The notes under the pieces were generated by a model. The model searched no databases. It was not told the DNA's origin and worked only from the letters and a program-made list of their open reading frames with translations. Positions 13,300-25,890 of a DNA stretch of 64,000 nt are shown one piece after another. The position numbers and the translations under genes are program-made. The DNA is from Podarcis tiliguerta (Eukaryota): the NCBI GenBank assembly GCA_965153285.1, contig OZ229116.1; one strand, given 5' to 3'. Within the stretch, counting starts at the first letter, position 1. Each line of letters starts with the position of its first letter.

Positions 13300-13455
13300 A
13301 TGCGAAGAAGGGTACCACGGGGCGCGATGCCATGCTCTTAGTCTTCCGGTGGAGAACCCCTCCCGTAGTTACAACCACACAACAATCCTGGCAGTCACAG
13401 CGGTGGTGCTGTCATCTCTATGTCTTATCATCATTGCCGTGTTGCTGATGCTCAG
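13300..13455 (+). CDS. HBEGF: proHB-EGF coding exon 4 (end of EGF domain, juxtamembrane stalk, transmembrane helix)
   Basis: CEEGYHGARCHALSLPVENPSRSYNHTTILAVTAVVLSSLCLIIIAVLLMLR; ctctag| acceptor, AG|GTAAGC donor, 156 nt, phase 2-2. Confidence 0.97.
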
Positions 13456-14344
13456 GTAAGCTGCTTGGCAGGGCTGAGAAGAGATGCAGGTACTGAGATG
13501 CAGTGCTGTCTTCTGTATGCCAGATGGGGGAAAATTCACACTTGACCTCCGGTCTTATTCTGAGGTGGATTATGTGAAGTTAGCAAGCATAAAACTGCTG
13601 AGAGGTCCAGACCTCCACAGCTTCAAAGGCAGACCAGGTTCCTTGCTTAACACTCTGGACTCTGCAGAGCTGCTGTTGAATCCCAAGTTCTGTGTTTGCA
13701 CACCTGGACTGTGATCACCAAGTCCTTTATGAAACAAAGTGCTTTGTGGTCCTTGCTTTGTTCAGTTCCCCATCAACTCCTGGGATATGAATCCTTTACA
13801 TTTTAATTCCACTGGCTGAGAACTGAGACTTGATGGATCTCTGCCCACCAGTGTTTAACTAGGAATTGCTTGTGGTCCAAATCCACCACTTCGTCAATTT
13901 CCCCATGACTTTATTTGTTGTTGCCCTGTCGCTGGGGTTCTCTGGGCAGCCTGCTTTCAGATTAACCCCTTGTGGCAATTGACATGTTGTCAAGATGTGT
14001 AATGAATCCTGCCTTGATGCTGCTAGTTGGGCTAAGTAGTTTTGGGAACCCGTTCCAGTTCAATGATTCTGTGAATGGCATCCTAGCCTTTCTGCCCTGT
14101 TGAGGATACAGTTGAGGAAGCCTGGGCAGGGAGCCAGCGAGTCCCATTTCAGTCTAAGGTATTCCACATCTTGTGACTGGTCCCCTGCCAAGGAATGCAA
14201 GTTGGAATTTCTCATACTCAGATCCTAGGATCAGGAAGGTGACAGCAACAGGTCCTTTTAGCCAGTGGCAGTGGGGTGGTGCAATTATCGTACAGGGTTA
14301 GAACTGGAATTTATCTTGGTCTCTGTCTTTCTATTTTTTCCCAG

Positions 14345-14417
14345 GTGTCACAAGCAAGGAGTGTATGATGTGGAGAGTGAAGAGAAGGTTAAACTGGGCA
14401 TCACTGTCAACCACTGA
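14345..14417 (+). CDS. HBEGF: proHB-EGF coding exon 5 (cytoplasmic tail CHKQGVYDVESEEKVKLGITVNH*)
   Basis: Acceptor ttttttcccag|, conserved YDVE.EEKVKLG motif, TGA 14415-14417; exon continues to donor AAG|GTAA at 14436/14437. Confidence 0.96.
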
Positions 14418-16287
14418 GATGTCCTGAGATTGCAAGGTAACCCCTCAAGCACATAAGCTATGGGAAGACTGTGTGTTAGTGTGCTGCGAAGAGATTTCAA
14501 TAAATTCTGCCCGTTCTTTAGCCTGAAGGGAAGTTTTTTTATCCTGTGGCAAACTAAAGGATAATGTACGGCATTGCCTCCTATTGACGCACCTGTTTGG
14601 GCTGAATTATGGGTTAACTCTTGTCACAAGTTACTCCTTCCTGACCACCCCTGGGGGGCTGAGATGCTATGCTAGAGAGTAGAGAAGCCCCTTTGTAATT
14701 ACTCAGACAACAGCATAGGGAATACTAATCAATAAGTCTTTGTATGAAAAGGGCACATATTACAGAAAGAAGAAGCTGTTGCAAGTTATTACTCATAACC
14801 CACTGGTGCAATACTTATGAGGGGGAACACACCCACCCCAGGATGGATTCCAACCCACGAATACTTTATTTCATTTTACTCCCCCAGACTTTCCAAAGCT
14901 CTCCTTCACGCTGTCTATGGCAATGTGCTGTGATGCTATGATTGGCCAGCCACTATCACAAAAACCTAGTTTCCACCCTGGCACAAACATGTCACCTGCC
15001 TCCACATTAACGGTGCCAGCTATTTTGAAATATGATTGTTCACTACTGATCTCAGAGTGTTCCAGTCTAAAACCACAAATGTATCTGTGTCCCCTAGTAT
15101 ATTTGCCTTTGTCCTACTCACAGGAAACTGTTACGCATTTTGCCTCAGATATATGACCCTTGGCACTTTGAGCTGGCTAACTCAGTTTAATTAGGCTTCA
15201 AGCAAGTATTTGATAGGACAGCAAGTTGATTATTGACTCTTAGGCATAACTGAATCATGAACGAAACCAGCATACATGAGCTTGTGTTCCTGGGTGCTGG
15301 CATAACAGCATCCTTTAGAAGCAGCCAAGGGGGCTTTAGGCCCTGAGGGAAGCTCTGTGTGCTGTGCATTTCTGACTGTGGATTACTTCACTTGGACTTT
15401 GCCCCCTGGTCTTCTGTAGGGGTGGTCCCCTCTCCAGTGGGTGGCCGGTCCCTGGCCACCTGTTCCACCTTTCTTCTTGCGGAGGTGCCTCTCTCTGGGT
15501 TACATACCTTCTTTAAAACTTTAAGGCAACACTCTTTACTCTCACTTTCCCTTCTCTGGAGGCTGCAAGATTCCAGCCACAGCCACCTCCCTTCAGAAGC
15601 TGCAGGCCATAGCTGTAGCCCTTGGTAATGGGTGCTGTGTGTGGCCCTCAGAAGGCCCTTCCATTAGTGGTGGGAATAGCTGTGAATGCTGGACAATAGG
15701 TTTCCAAAGGCTTAACCTCTTTAATCAAGACAAATCCAGAGAGAGAGTGTGCACACAGAGACACGCAAATAAATGTATGTATGCTGAATTCACTGCTAGC
15801 AAGTAGGGAGAGTCACAAAGTGCAACTGAATTCCACAAGAGTGCATCATTTTAGGTCTCAAGTCACTTATTCTGCACTAGTCCTCATGGAGTAGCTCCAA
15901 TTGACTTCAATGGAATTGTTCTCTTTCGAGGTGGCAGCCTCCATAACTGTTGTGGGGTATGGAGAATAACCTTCTTGGTAGATTTTTTTTTAATTGCACA
16001 TGCAGGGTGGGGTCCAGGTAACTAGCCCCATCAGCAGAAAGAAGCCTTGCACAAAGACTTCCATTTGTGCAATGGGGCTTCCCCCATTCCCATGAAAATT
16101 GGCTCGGGGTGGGGGTGGGGGCAGGAGAGCCCCCATAACAGTGCATAGGGAAAGGAGAGGGGGGGTCATTCCATTTGGGAAGCTGCAATGTTTGCACAGG
16201 CAGGGCAGTTAGAAGGGCATAATATTGGAGTCTTCTGAGTGGTGCATATTGAGCTTAGATGTGATCCTTCCTTCCATTACATTGCAG

Positions 16288-16855
16288 GATTCAGCACTGG
16301 AGCAGCTCTTATTTCCACAATCCAGTGGACAAAACTCTCCCCCCCCCCCCCGACACATTTCAACGTCAAAAGGGAGTTTGTATGAGTGGAAGAGACTGTG
16401 TCAGATCTTTGCTTTGTTGAAGAAGCAATTCATCCCCTCCAAACAGGAAGATCTTTCCAAGAGAGAGACTTTTCTCCACTGAGTGCTTCTTCCTGAAATG
16501 TGGAGCCACAGCCTAAGGAGAAGAGTTGGACTTGGCCTTGGTATCATTGGAAAGAGACATCTTTGCAAGAAGAAAATACACCAGCAAGTTGGATTCTTCA
16601 GACATCTGCTGAGGATTTAACTGTGAAAGACTTGGACTCTGCTGAAGAAACCTAACTTTGGAACTCTATGAAATGGTGGGGAGTGGGACAGAAAAACTAT
16701 TTAACAAGATATTTCATTTTAAATTATATATTTATTTTAGATACATTGTACATATTATTTATTTAGGCTTGATCCTGTAGCTCTGTCATCAAGTGGAGAG
16801 GCAGAAGGATTGTGCAGTGTAACATTCTCTAATAAATAACCCTTTGTTATAACTT
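16288..16855 (+). other. HBEGF: Probable non-coding last exon (3'UTR) of HBEGF
   Basis: Acceptor ccttccttccattacattgcag| at 16287; AU-rich cluster 16615-16765; AATAAA 16831-16836. An alternative acceptor at 15123 cannot be excluded. Confidence 0.55.
16831..16836 (+). terminator. HBEGF: Polyadenylation signal, HBEGF
   Basis: AATAAA just downstream of the ARE cluster; a second AATAAA lies at 17697-17702. Confidence 0.6.
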
Positions 16856-18655
16856 GCTGTCACCTGAATATTAATTTAGGGAAGAATCAATTAGAATGGT
16901 TGCAAAATGATAATTTCTAAATTAAAACATAACCTTCTTGCAGTGCCATCATGCAAAAAATGTGTGGGGGGGGGGGCGACTTCCCAGGGCAGATCTGTCG
17001 CAGCTGGAGGTACCCAAGATTTTGCTTTGAGGAGCACGTGAATCAATGTGGAATACTGGTTGCAAATCTCAGAATGTTTCCTTCACAATAGTTTTATCAA
17101 GGTGTCCAGCTGGCCAGAGGGGGCTGATGGGAGTTGTATTCCAAAACATCTGGAAAGTAACAGATTACCAAAGGTTGTCTCACAGGCATACTTTTGCCGA
17201 ATCAAAGAATCATAGAACTGTAGAGTTGGAAGGCACCATGAGAAATCTTTTGCCCAATATGGGGCTTGACCCATGGCCCTACGTTTAAGAGTCTTGTGCT
17301 CCATTGGTGATAAATATAGTCGTGGGCTTTGTGGGATGGGGACAGCAACAGTTGCTCTTGCTGAATTTTAAGCCTAAAGGGATAAAACTATGCCTGGTTT
17401 ATACCACCCCATGTTGCATACAGGGGTTTACATGCTAATGTTTTGACATATGGAAAAAAATACATTCTTCAACATAGAATAGATGCAGTCAGGGGGAAGG
17501 ATTCTGCTGAGACACCTTCCCACTTTATTTGCTTAATATTGTATGAAAGTGTATACAGTTGTATGAGTCTCATCCCTCAATCTGGAGTGGTGAATCTAAG
17601 GCTCCAGGTTTATGACCTCAGTGAGAATTAAACCTTTTTCTCACGCAGCATGACTATTGCTATTTATCTCAAACTTCAGGGCTAGGAGATGCCTCAAATA
17701 AACAAGGTGGTGCTTTTTTATGAGGTAGTTGGGGACATCTGAGTCTGCTTTTTAATGAATAATAGACACTTGGCTGAGTTTCCATCTGATCAGTTCTGAA
17801 TTGGTTTGACGAGAGGGGGAGATTCTCCTTAATGTCAGCCAGTGGGTAATTCTAAATTGTCACACATGCACAGGAATTGAGTGCCAAGTGTGATCAATTT
17901 TCCTCTTTAATTTTCCTCCTTATTATCTATATAGTGATGGCATTTTGGAGAGAGAAACCGTTGGCAGCCTAACCTGCCAAATGTGAGGGGAGGACTTGGC
18001 CACAGTGGGGTTGACTGTAGAAGATGCAGATGAGCCACCAAGTTCCTTCTGAGCCACGTCCTCCAGAAGGCAGGGTTTGGGCCTCTGCTAATAGTTTGGT
18101 TGGAAAAATTGGCTCCCTGCTGCCATAGATCTGGTCATTTCAAGCCCAGACTATCAGTCATCTCCCCCTCCACCCCACTGAGTTATGTTTTGGGGAGGGA
18201 AATATTCCACAAGCTGAGCATGTGGGTAATTACATTTTCTCAATGGCACAGGGCTGCATTTTGAAACCCAGGGGAATATAGTTTGTTGTAATAAGATTGA
18301 CACCAGGATCCCCCAGAACAGCTGACACAACACCACACATCTGTAGCTCACAAGGTTGGCATCTGGAGAGGACCTAAATAGAAAAAGCACACCTATAGGA
18401 ACCAGAGGTTTAGGAAATATCTTTAACGGGGTGCGGTAGGTCCAGCAGATGCCTGGAAGCCTTAAAAGAGGAGGGGTTCCTCACCCCCTTAAGAGCGTGA
18501 AGGCAATACGTGTTGGCACTCTTGGCAGTGGGAGACATCTCTAATGCTTGTTGGCTGGGCTGCTGGCCAGGGTTGGATTGAAGTCAAGAGCTTCTCATTG
18601 CCATGTACCCACAGTTGTGACTTGTGGCTCAGCTTGCTAGGCTAGAGTAACTTTG

Positions 18656-18780
18656 CATAAGAACAGCCTGCTGGATCAGGCCAATGGCCCATCTGGTCCA
18701 GTGTCCTGTTTCCACACTGGCCAACCAGATGCCCTCTCCTCTCCTGTGGTTTCCAGCAACTGGTGTTCAGAAGCTTGTTA
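18656..18780 (-). mobile_element. CR1-type 3' tail fragment (LINE or CR1-tailed SINE)
   Basis: cataagaacagcctgctggatcaggccaatggcccatct... is a typical squamate CR1 3' end read on the minus strand. Confidence 0.55.
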
Positions 18781-18811
18781 GACCCTTTGCCTAGTTGAAG
18801 AAACACTAAAG

Positions 18812-18946
18812 CAGGCATGGCCAAACTTGGCCCTCCAGATGTTTTAGAACTACAGTTCCCATCATCCCTGACAACTGGTCCTGTTAGCTAGGATGATCAG
18901 AGTTGTAGTCCCAAAACATCTGGAGGACCAAGTTTGGCCATGCCTG
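18812..18946. mobile_element. Palindromic hAT MITE (135 bp)
   Basis: CAGGCATGGCCAAACTTGG ... CCAAGTTTGGCCATGCCTG; near-complete hairpin; perfect 8-bp TSD CACTAAAG at 18804-18811 and 18947-18954. Confidence 0.9.
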
Positions 18947-20705
18947 CACTAAAGGGTGCTACATCAGGTAGTTGGTTCCGTTAGATCAGCCCACAGTAGG
19001 GTCTATTCTGCAGATAGGAAAGCAAGTGGGCCAACACCTTGGCTGGGTCATCCCATGCATGCTCAGTTTGCTCATATAGTGGTTGATGTCTGGGAAACAC
19101 TCCTACTGTCTGTCTAGGCTGGCTGAGGTGAAGCATGGTCATCTTCATGCCACCTTGACCAACTTTGACCTTGTGTGCTGCTAAAACTATTCTCCAGCAT
19201 TGCTTGTACAAAGATTGCATCATTTCTCTTTGCATCTGTCTCTGCTGCATTGCATTTAGTGCTGGAGATGGATATGTATTATAGGTATTCTATTAAAATG
19301 ATTGCCCCTTTGTCCCAGCAACTGTTGGTGCAACCTGAAATCTGCTAGCACCTAGAGATGAATCCAATATGTAAATCTCCCCAGCTTCATGCCAGGGTTC
19401 CCCCCCCCCTTCTCCCCCAGCTGCTTTCCTAAGCATCCATCCTGAGGAGGAACTGGAACATTTGCACCATTTGGGTGTGTCATACATGCAAACTTTAAAA
19501 CTGCGAAGATTTAAGTTTCTTTCTTCCCTGGGCCTCCCTCCTTCCTTGCATGCTGTTCTACCCACATGCCAGATGAAGACCTTCTGCTCCTTCAGCAGCC
19601 ACTGCAAATTCCTTGTTTAATAGCTAGGTGACATCACTCTTTTAGCCAATGGTGAGCCCTTCTGAAGCCATTTGGCATTTTTATGTTAATAGTGGCCGTG
19701 GGTGGTAAACAATGGAGACTGGCTCATAGGATTAGTAATAGGGCATGAAGCCTTCCCCTGTTCCAGACCCGCAAAGCATGACAATAGTCAAAGTGTTTAC
19801 AAGCCAAGGATTTTTCATTCGCCTGTGGGAAAGTAAGATAATTAACTTTGTCTACCAGCTAGCAGCACAGCGCTGTACTGAATCTCTAACACTGTTCTTC
19901 TCAGTATTGCTGCTGCAAGCAGAGAGCGGAGGAGACTTATTCTGTTCTGCATGATGGAAGCTTGGTTCAGACATGCATGTACTTCATCATTAGTCAACAC
20001 ACAGATGGGAACCAATGAGAAATCTGAAATGGGAACAAACTCCTCCGCTGAATCACTGCGGATAGCAATGTCAGGCCATGTTGTAGTAGTAATGGCTACA
20101 TATGATTTCCCTCCTGACCAAAATGTGCAGGGTGATCTTGTGATGGAAAATTTAGTTAGGGAGACACCCAAATGCTAAAGCAGTGGTATGGGAACTTCTA
20201 GCCTGGAGGACCAATTATGGATCATAGCTGCTGCGTCCCTCACAGGGGACCTTCTAGGAAGCAGAGCCCACCAGTTCAGTCAGCTCCACTTCCAAGCACC
20301 TCTTACAGTTAAAGAAAAAGATTTCAAGGTTTAGGTTTTATTAGGTCCCAACAAGCTCTTTTGCAAAACATGTTTTAAGTGCAATGTGTAATCAGTTTTA
20401 ATATTTCCTGGACGGTTTAAGTGTATGAGTTGTGCAGATGGCTTCTGGAAGACCTAAACCACGTCATCTTGTGCAGCTTGTAGTTCGTGTGCTTTATTTG
20501 TTCCTTTTTATTCTAATCTCTGTTTTCCAACAAAACAAACCCTACTTTAATTGTGTTATCTCTTTTTCCTTAGTTTTTGTAAAATTCTAACACTGTGCTC
20601 TCCCTTCCTCTCCATTTCCTGTTGCCCCCTCCCTTCGGTGTTATTGTTGAAAGTTTCACACTCCTCTTTTCAGTGTTGGGGTGCCTATGGTTTCACGATG
20701 TTGTA

Positions 20706-21070
20706 GCCTGGAGAAGAGGAGGTTAAGGGGTGATATGATAGCCATGTTCAAATATAGAAAAGGATGTCACATAGAGGAGGGAGAAAGGTTGTTTTCTGCT
20801 GCTCCAGAGAAGCAGACACGGAGCAATGGATCCAAACTACAAGAAAGAAGATTCCACCTAAACATTAGGAAGAACTCCCTGAGAGTAAGAGCTGTTCGAC
20901 AGTGGAATTTGCTGCCAAGGAGTGTGGTGGAGTCTCCTTCTTTGGAGGTCTTTAAGCAGAGGCTTGACAACCATATGTCAGGAGTGCTCTGATGGTGTTT
21001 CCTGCTTGGCAGGGGGTTGGACTCGATGGCCCTTGTGGTCTCTTCCAACTCTAAGATTCTATGATTCTAT
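20706..21070 (+). mobile_element. CR1 LINE 3' end
   Basis: ORF2 C-terminus [17 protein letters not shown]...[27 protein letters not shown] and (ATTCTATG)n-type tail. Confidence 0.93.
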
Positions 21071-21954
21071 TATTCTTGCTGTGCAGTACAATTAATATTT
21101 TTATTATTAAAGTTTCCCCCTTGCTAGGTCCTCTCCCCCCTCCCTCCCCGCTTGTTCTTTAAGTAATTTAGCAACTGTGTTGCTCATTGCCAGCCTCTTA
21201 TTACTCACTTGCCCGGGGGGGGGGGGGGCACATCCCTGTGTCACTAGTTTTCTGACCGATTGTCCACAAAAATCTAGGGGAGGTTATTTCTCCCCCCACC
21301 CAATCAAAGAGTCTGGGCTTGTGGGACAACTACAACATCTCCCACTCTGAAAGTCAGCAGACTCAGAAAGTTGCACCCAGTTCTGGGAGAAGTTAAGAGC
21401 CTTTCTCTTTCTAATATTTTTTAAAGTTTCCTTGTAGAAACACCTATAGATAGATCTGCCCATAATTTGGCAGGCTGAATCCACTCTTTAGGAGCAACTT
21501 TGCCTGCAGTTTTCATTCACTTATGTGAAAAGGAGGAAAGTTATATAGGTGTTTCTAAATTCTCCATTATAGTCAATGGAGAAGGGGTGGGGGTCGATCC
21601 GAAACAGATAGGATTACTTTCCAACAGATGCAAGGCAAATTTTGTGACCTAATAATTGCCTATGCCAGTGTTGTAACCTGCATTCAAAGGGGATTAGATG
21701 ACCTTTGGGGCCCCTTACAATTCTAAAATTCTATGGCAGACAACAGCCAGTTCTCCCTCTCTGGTGTAGCAAAGCTACGTGGGCAACGTGCCTCTTCTTA
21801 CTCTCTTGAAACTTCCTTAATGCTGTTCACGTATAAATAAATCTGGATCTAAAGAAGTGAGAGTGGCACAGTGCCCTAGCACAATCCCCAGCAGAGCCAA
21901 CGCCTTCCATACGCACCCACATTTATCCAATGAAAATAGGGACGTCCTATTCCA

Positions 21955-22130
21955 TAATGATACTAATAATTTTATTATTTATACCCCACCCACCTGACTG
22001 GGTTGCCCCAGCCACTCATGGCTTCCAACATATATTAAAACACAATAAAACAGCAAACATTTAAAACCTTCCCTATACAGGGCTGCCTTCAGATGTCTTC
22101 TAAAATTTGTATAGTTATTTATCTTCTTGG
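21955..22130 (-). mobile_element. L2 LINE 3' fragment, embedded in a degenerate DNA-transposon-like element (~21890-22290)
   Basis: Same 3' end sequence as the L2 copies at 32717 and 51735 (tttatacccc...gggctgccttcagatgtcttct). Confidence 0.65.
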
Positions 22131-22410
22131 CTTGGGGGGGGGGCACACAACTCCATACCCTCCAGCATGATGAAAATAGGCACGTCTTAAGGAAAAGTGG
22201 GGCATTTCAGTATCAAATCAAGAAACCAGGATGGCTTCTGTAAATCTGGGACTGTGCCTGGAAAATAAGGACACCTGGAGGGTCTTTTGCTTGTGATGGA
22301 ATTCTCAAAGTGGACCAGTTTTTCACATTACATGTTTTTTTTTCTCCGCAGCTTTTATTTTTTGGGAAGAGAGCCAAGTGCAGGCCCCGGTTCTGTAGTC
22401 CCCAAATCAG

Positions 22411-22800
22411 CAGGGGTGTCTTACCTATAGAGGCTAGTGGTGCGGGGCACCAAGGTGCCAAGTTCTGGAGGGCGCCAGGGATGAGGTGGAGGCTGGATGC
22501 AGCGCCTCCCGGCATCAGCTCGCCCCCCTCACCCAGCTCTGCCACGCCGTGCCGAAGCAGTGCCACGCCTGGAGCCTCTGCCTGCTGTGGCCACCACGGC
22601 ACAAAGCGGCCAGCTGAGCCGGGAAGCGCCGCGTCCAGCCTCTGCCTCTTCCCCGCCGGAGGAGCCACCCTCCAGCCACTGCATGCCTCCTCCAGCCCCG
22701 CCAGCAGTGCCCTCTTCCCTAAAAAACTCTGGGAAATGGGGATGGGGGGCGCTGGAAGGAGCTTTGCACCACGGCGCCGGATATGCTTAAGATGGCCCTG
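22411..22800. mobile_element. GC-rich hAT-type MITE
   Basis: Ends CAGGGGTGTCTTA ... TAAGATGGCCCTG; flanks CAAATCAG / CGGATCAG (6/8 TSD); explains the local GC-rich ORFs. Confidence 0.7.
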
Positions 22801-24555
22801 CGGATCAGTGTTGCTTATACCCAAATATGTGACCTTTCTCTAGGGATTCTGAGTGCATGGCATCAGACGTCTTTGTTTGGGCCCCCAAAGAAGTGTGGTA
22901 GCCAGAACAGCTCAGGGGTAGCAGTGGGATTAGTGCAGCTATTGCGGTGCTTGGGAGATGTGAGGTGGACGTGTCCATAGAAATGCAGCCCCCTCCCTGC
23001 CCCTTGTGGCTGCGAGCTGGAGTGGTGAGAGACCCTCTGTGTGCTAGAAGCAAGAAAGAGTTTTCTGTCCTCAGGTCAGATGTGCCACCACGGAAGAATA
23101 CTCCCCAGTTCTTTCTGCATGCACTGCCTGACCCTTGGCCTGCAGACAGAGTGGAGACCCTCAGCTCCAGCAGCTTTTCCAGTCGGATGACGCCGATCCC
23201 CTCTTTGTCTGCTGGGACAGAGGCTGAATAGAGCATTTGCCAAATATGATATACATGAAAATATGCAGGAATGCAAGCGCTTAACCTCCTCTATGAAGCA
23301 CATCTTGGCACTTTCTTTCCTGGGCACCAAGTCAGGGTCAAAAACACAAGGGGAAGGGGGGGGGGACCCCATTTGTCACCAGCCGCAGCATTCCCTGATT
23401 GAATCAGCACTCAGAAAAGCCAAGATGAGGTTACAATCAGATCATGAAAGAGTGACCATCAAGACATGGCAAAAGACAGCAGGCAGCAATGCCATCACTT
23501 TGAGGAAGGGCAGATAGCAGAAGGCTGGTTGTTGTTGCCATTGCAGAAAACTAAGGGGCAGCAGAAATTTCCTGCAGCTCCCCTCCAAACCACAAAGCAA
23601 ACTTCATGAGATAGCATTGCCTCTTGTTTCTGAGAGAATATTATCCCGGGCAGCAGAACGCAGCGTGCAGATGCTCACCCAGGCCCTGTGGTAAATGGTG
23701 TGTGTGAGTGACATTATAGGAAAGTCCCTTCCTTCTAATCTACATGGGTGCAAATTGGCTCTTGATATTAATGCTGAGAGGAAGACAATTTGGCATTTCA
23801 GAAGCAGTTTCTCTAAACTGTCTTAATATGATGGTGGGCTAAGCCCCTTTTCGTCTTTCGAAACAGAGCCTTTCCCTTTCTGCTGTAGCACTGCCTGGAC
23901 TTTCTGGATCTTGCAGCTTAAAATGTCACACTTACTTGGGAGGTGGCCTCACTGAACTTGGTGGCTCTTTCAAGTAATTCTGCATAGGATTGGACTGGAC
24001 TGCTGCAGTGCAATGCTGATTTTCTTCAGAGGACTGGCGCATAGGATGTAGCTGTGCTAGGATGTGCATCTGGTAGCTGCAAAAGGGCTGTAGGACTTAG
24101 GAATGTGACCTTAGCAGCACATTGCTGTTGAGGTAGTTTCCCTCACTCTGAGGAGCAAACAATCAACATATTACTTCCTGTCCTGCTGAAATAAAGACCA
24201 TGCTTGACCCTGTAACCTGAAAGTGATGCCAGGAGGCATTCAGATCATTGTTTAGTTTCTTCCTCTCTTTCTGCAGCTAATTTCCTATATAATTGAGGCA
24301 GGAAAAAGGAGCACCTTCAGCAACTGAGGCAAAACTCACCCTGACTCGTTTTACTGCATTTGTTAATCTTCACAGGATCGGTGTTTCGTCTTTTGAACAT
24401 GGGCATGAGCCACAAACCCAAAGTAATGGTTCCTAGTCAGAAAGTGCCGACAAGTCATCTTGCCAAATGCAGTATTTTGCGGCACTAACAAATTTTGAAT
24501 GACAAGGGAGTAAATTTCTCTCTTTCAAAGTAAGGAATTGAAACTGCACTAGAAA

Positions 24556-25211
24556 AGAAGGATAGAACTTTTTTTATGTACGCCACAACAGCAGCAAGAA
24601 TACTTATTGCAAAGTATTGGAAGACACAAGATCTACCCACCCGGGAAGAATGGCAGATGAAGCTGATGGACTACATGGAATTGGCGGAAATGACTGGCAG
24701 AATCCGAGACCAGGGAGAAGAGTCGGTGGAAGAAGACTGGAAAAAATTCAGAGTATATTTACAGAAATATTGCAAAATTAATGAATGTTAGAACAATACT
24801 GGAATGAAGTTATATGGTTTTAGCAGAAACATTATAAGGAATTAAGTGAAAACTGATTGGCAATGGGCCAAAGTGGAAAATTTAAAGTTAGATTGTGTTA
24901 AGATTAATTATAGAACAAAAATTTGAGAAAGATGGAAAGGATTTGCTGAAATAGCTATGAACTAGAATACAAAAAGGGAGGTGTGAGGAGGTCGATGAAA
25001 CAAGTAAATGAAAAGTAAGGATATGGAAACATTGGATGTGTTTTTTAAATTTTTCTGTTCTTTTTGTGGCTTTAATGTATTGTTTTTTTCTGGTTTTTTT
25101 TACTTTTGATGTATTGATTGTTAAATTTTTAAATGTTTTTTGTTGTCTTTTTTCTCTCTTTTTTTCTGTAATCATTAAACTTCTAATAAATATTATTATA
25201 TAAAAAAAAAA
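24556..25211 (+). mobile_element. 5'-truncated L1 LINE
   Basis: ORF2 C-terminus YATTAARILIAKYWKTQDLPTREEWQMKL..., T-rich 3'UTR, AATAAA and A-tail; 17-bp TSD TGAAACTGCACTAGAAA at 24539-24555 and 25212-25228. Confidence 0.9.
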
Positions 25212-25636
25212 TGAAACTGCACTAGAAAGATGACCTGTTAGTGCAGACCTCTAAGTAGCAAGTCACCTCTAGCCGAAGCAAAGTATATTCTGCTTGGCAG
25301 CAGTTCAGGATGAATAAACAATTCCCTATTACAGTCCCCATGAAACAGCCCTCCACTAATGGCAGTTACAGGCACAACCGGAAGGGCCTCAACTAGGTTT
25401 GCTCTGCTCAAGGCAGATGACAATCCTCCTGCTACCTCCAGTCCTTAAACTGGGGACAGCAAATTAGTTACCCTTTGTGTGCCAGCTAAGTTATTTTCCT
25501 CACAAGTCAGAGGGAATCCAGAACTTGCCTTACTAACATTTCTCCCCCCGCCCCCAATTATAACACAAGTATGGATGCCGTAGAAATGTAAGAAAGGAGT
25601 TGCGCCTGCCCAAGAGAAGCAAGGCTGGGGCTAGAG

Positions 25637-25890
25637 CAGGGGTAGGCAACCTAAGGTCCGGGGGCCGGAGGCAGCCCAATCGCCTTCTCAATCTGGCCCA
25701 CGGACGGTCTGGGAATCAGCATGTTTTTACATGGGTAGAATGTGTGCTTTTATTTAAAATGCATCTCTGGGTTATTTGTGGGGCATAGGAATTTGTTCAT
25801 CCCCCCACCCCAAAAAAATATAGTCTGGCTCCCCACATGGTCTGAGGGATGGTGGACTGGCCCCCTGCTAAAAAAGGTTGCTGACCCCTG
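25637..25890 (+). mobile_element. hAT MITE (CAGGGGTAGGCAACCT family; strand given relative to the 37304 copy)
   Basis: TIR CAGGGGTAGGCAACCT / AGGTTGCTGACCCCTG; TSD GGCTAGAG / GGCTAGTG. Confidence 0.88.

Noticed and set aside
13373-13381. N-H-T sequon in the HB-EGF juxtamembrane stalk
   Set aside because: Only about 3 residues from the TM helix, too close for oligosaccharyltransferase access
15100-15124. Alternative acceptor (tttgtcctactcacag) for the HBEGF last exon
   Set aside because: Plausible but not preferred over 16287; cannot be resolved without transcripts, so it is not annotated
22213-22843. 203-aa and 177-aa ORFs
   Set aside because: They run through a GC-rich MITE bounded by TIRs; no protein family signal
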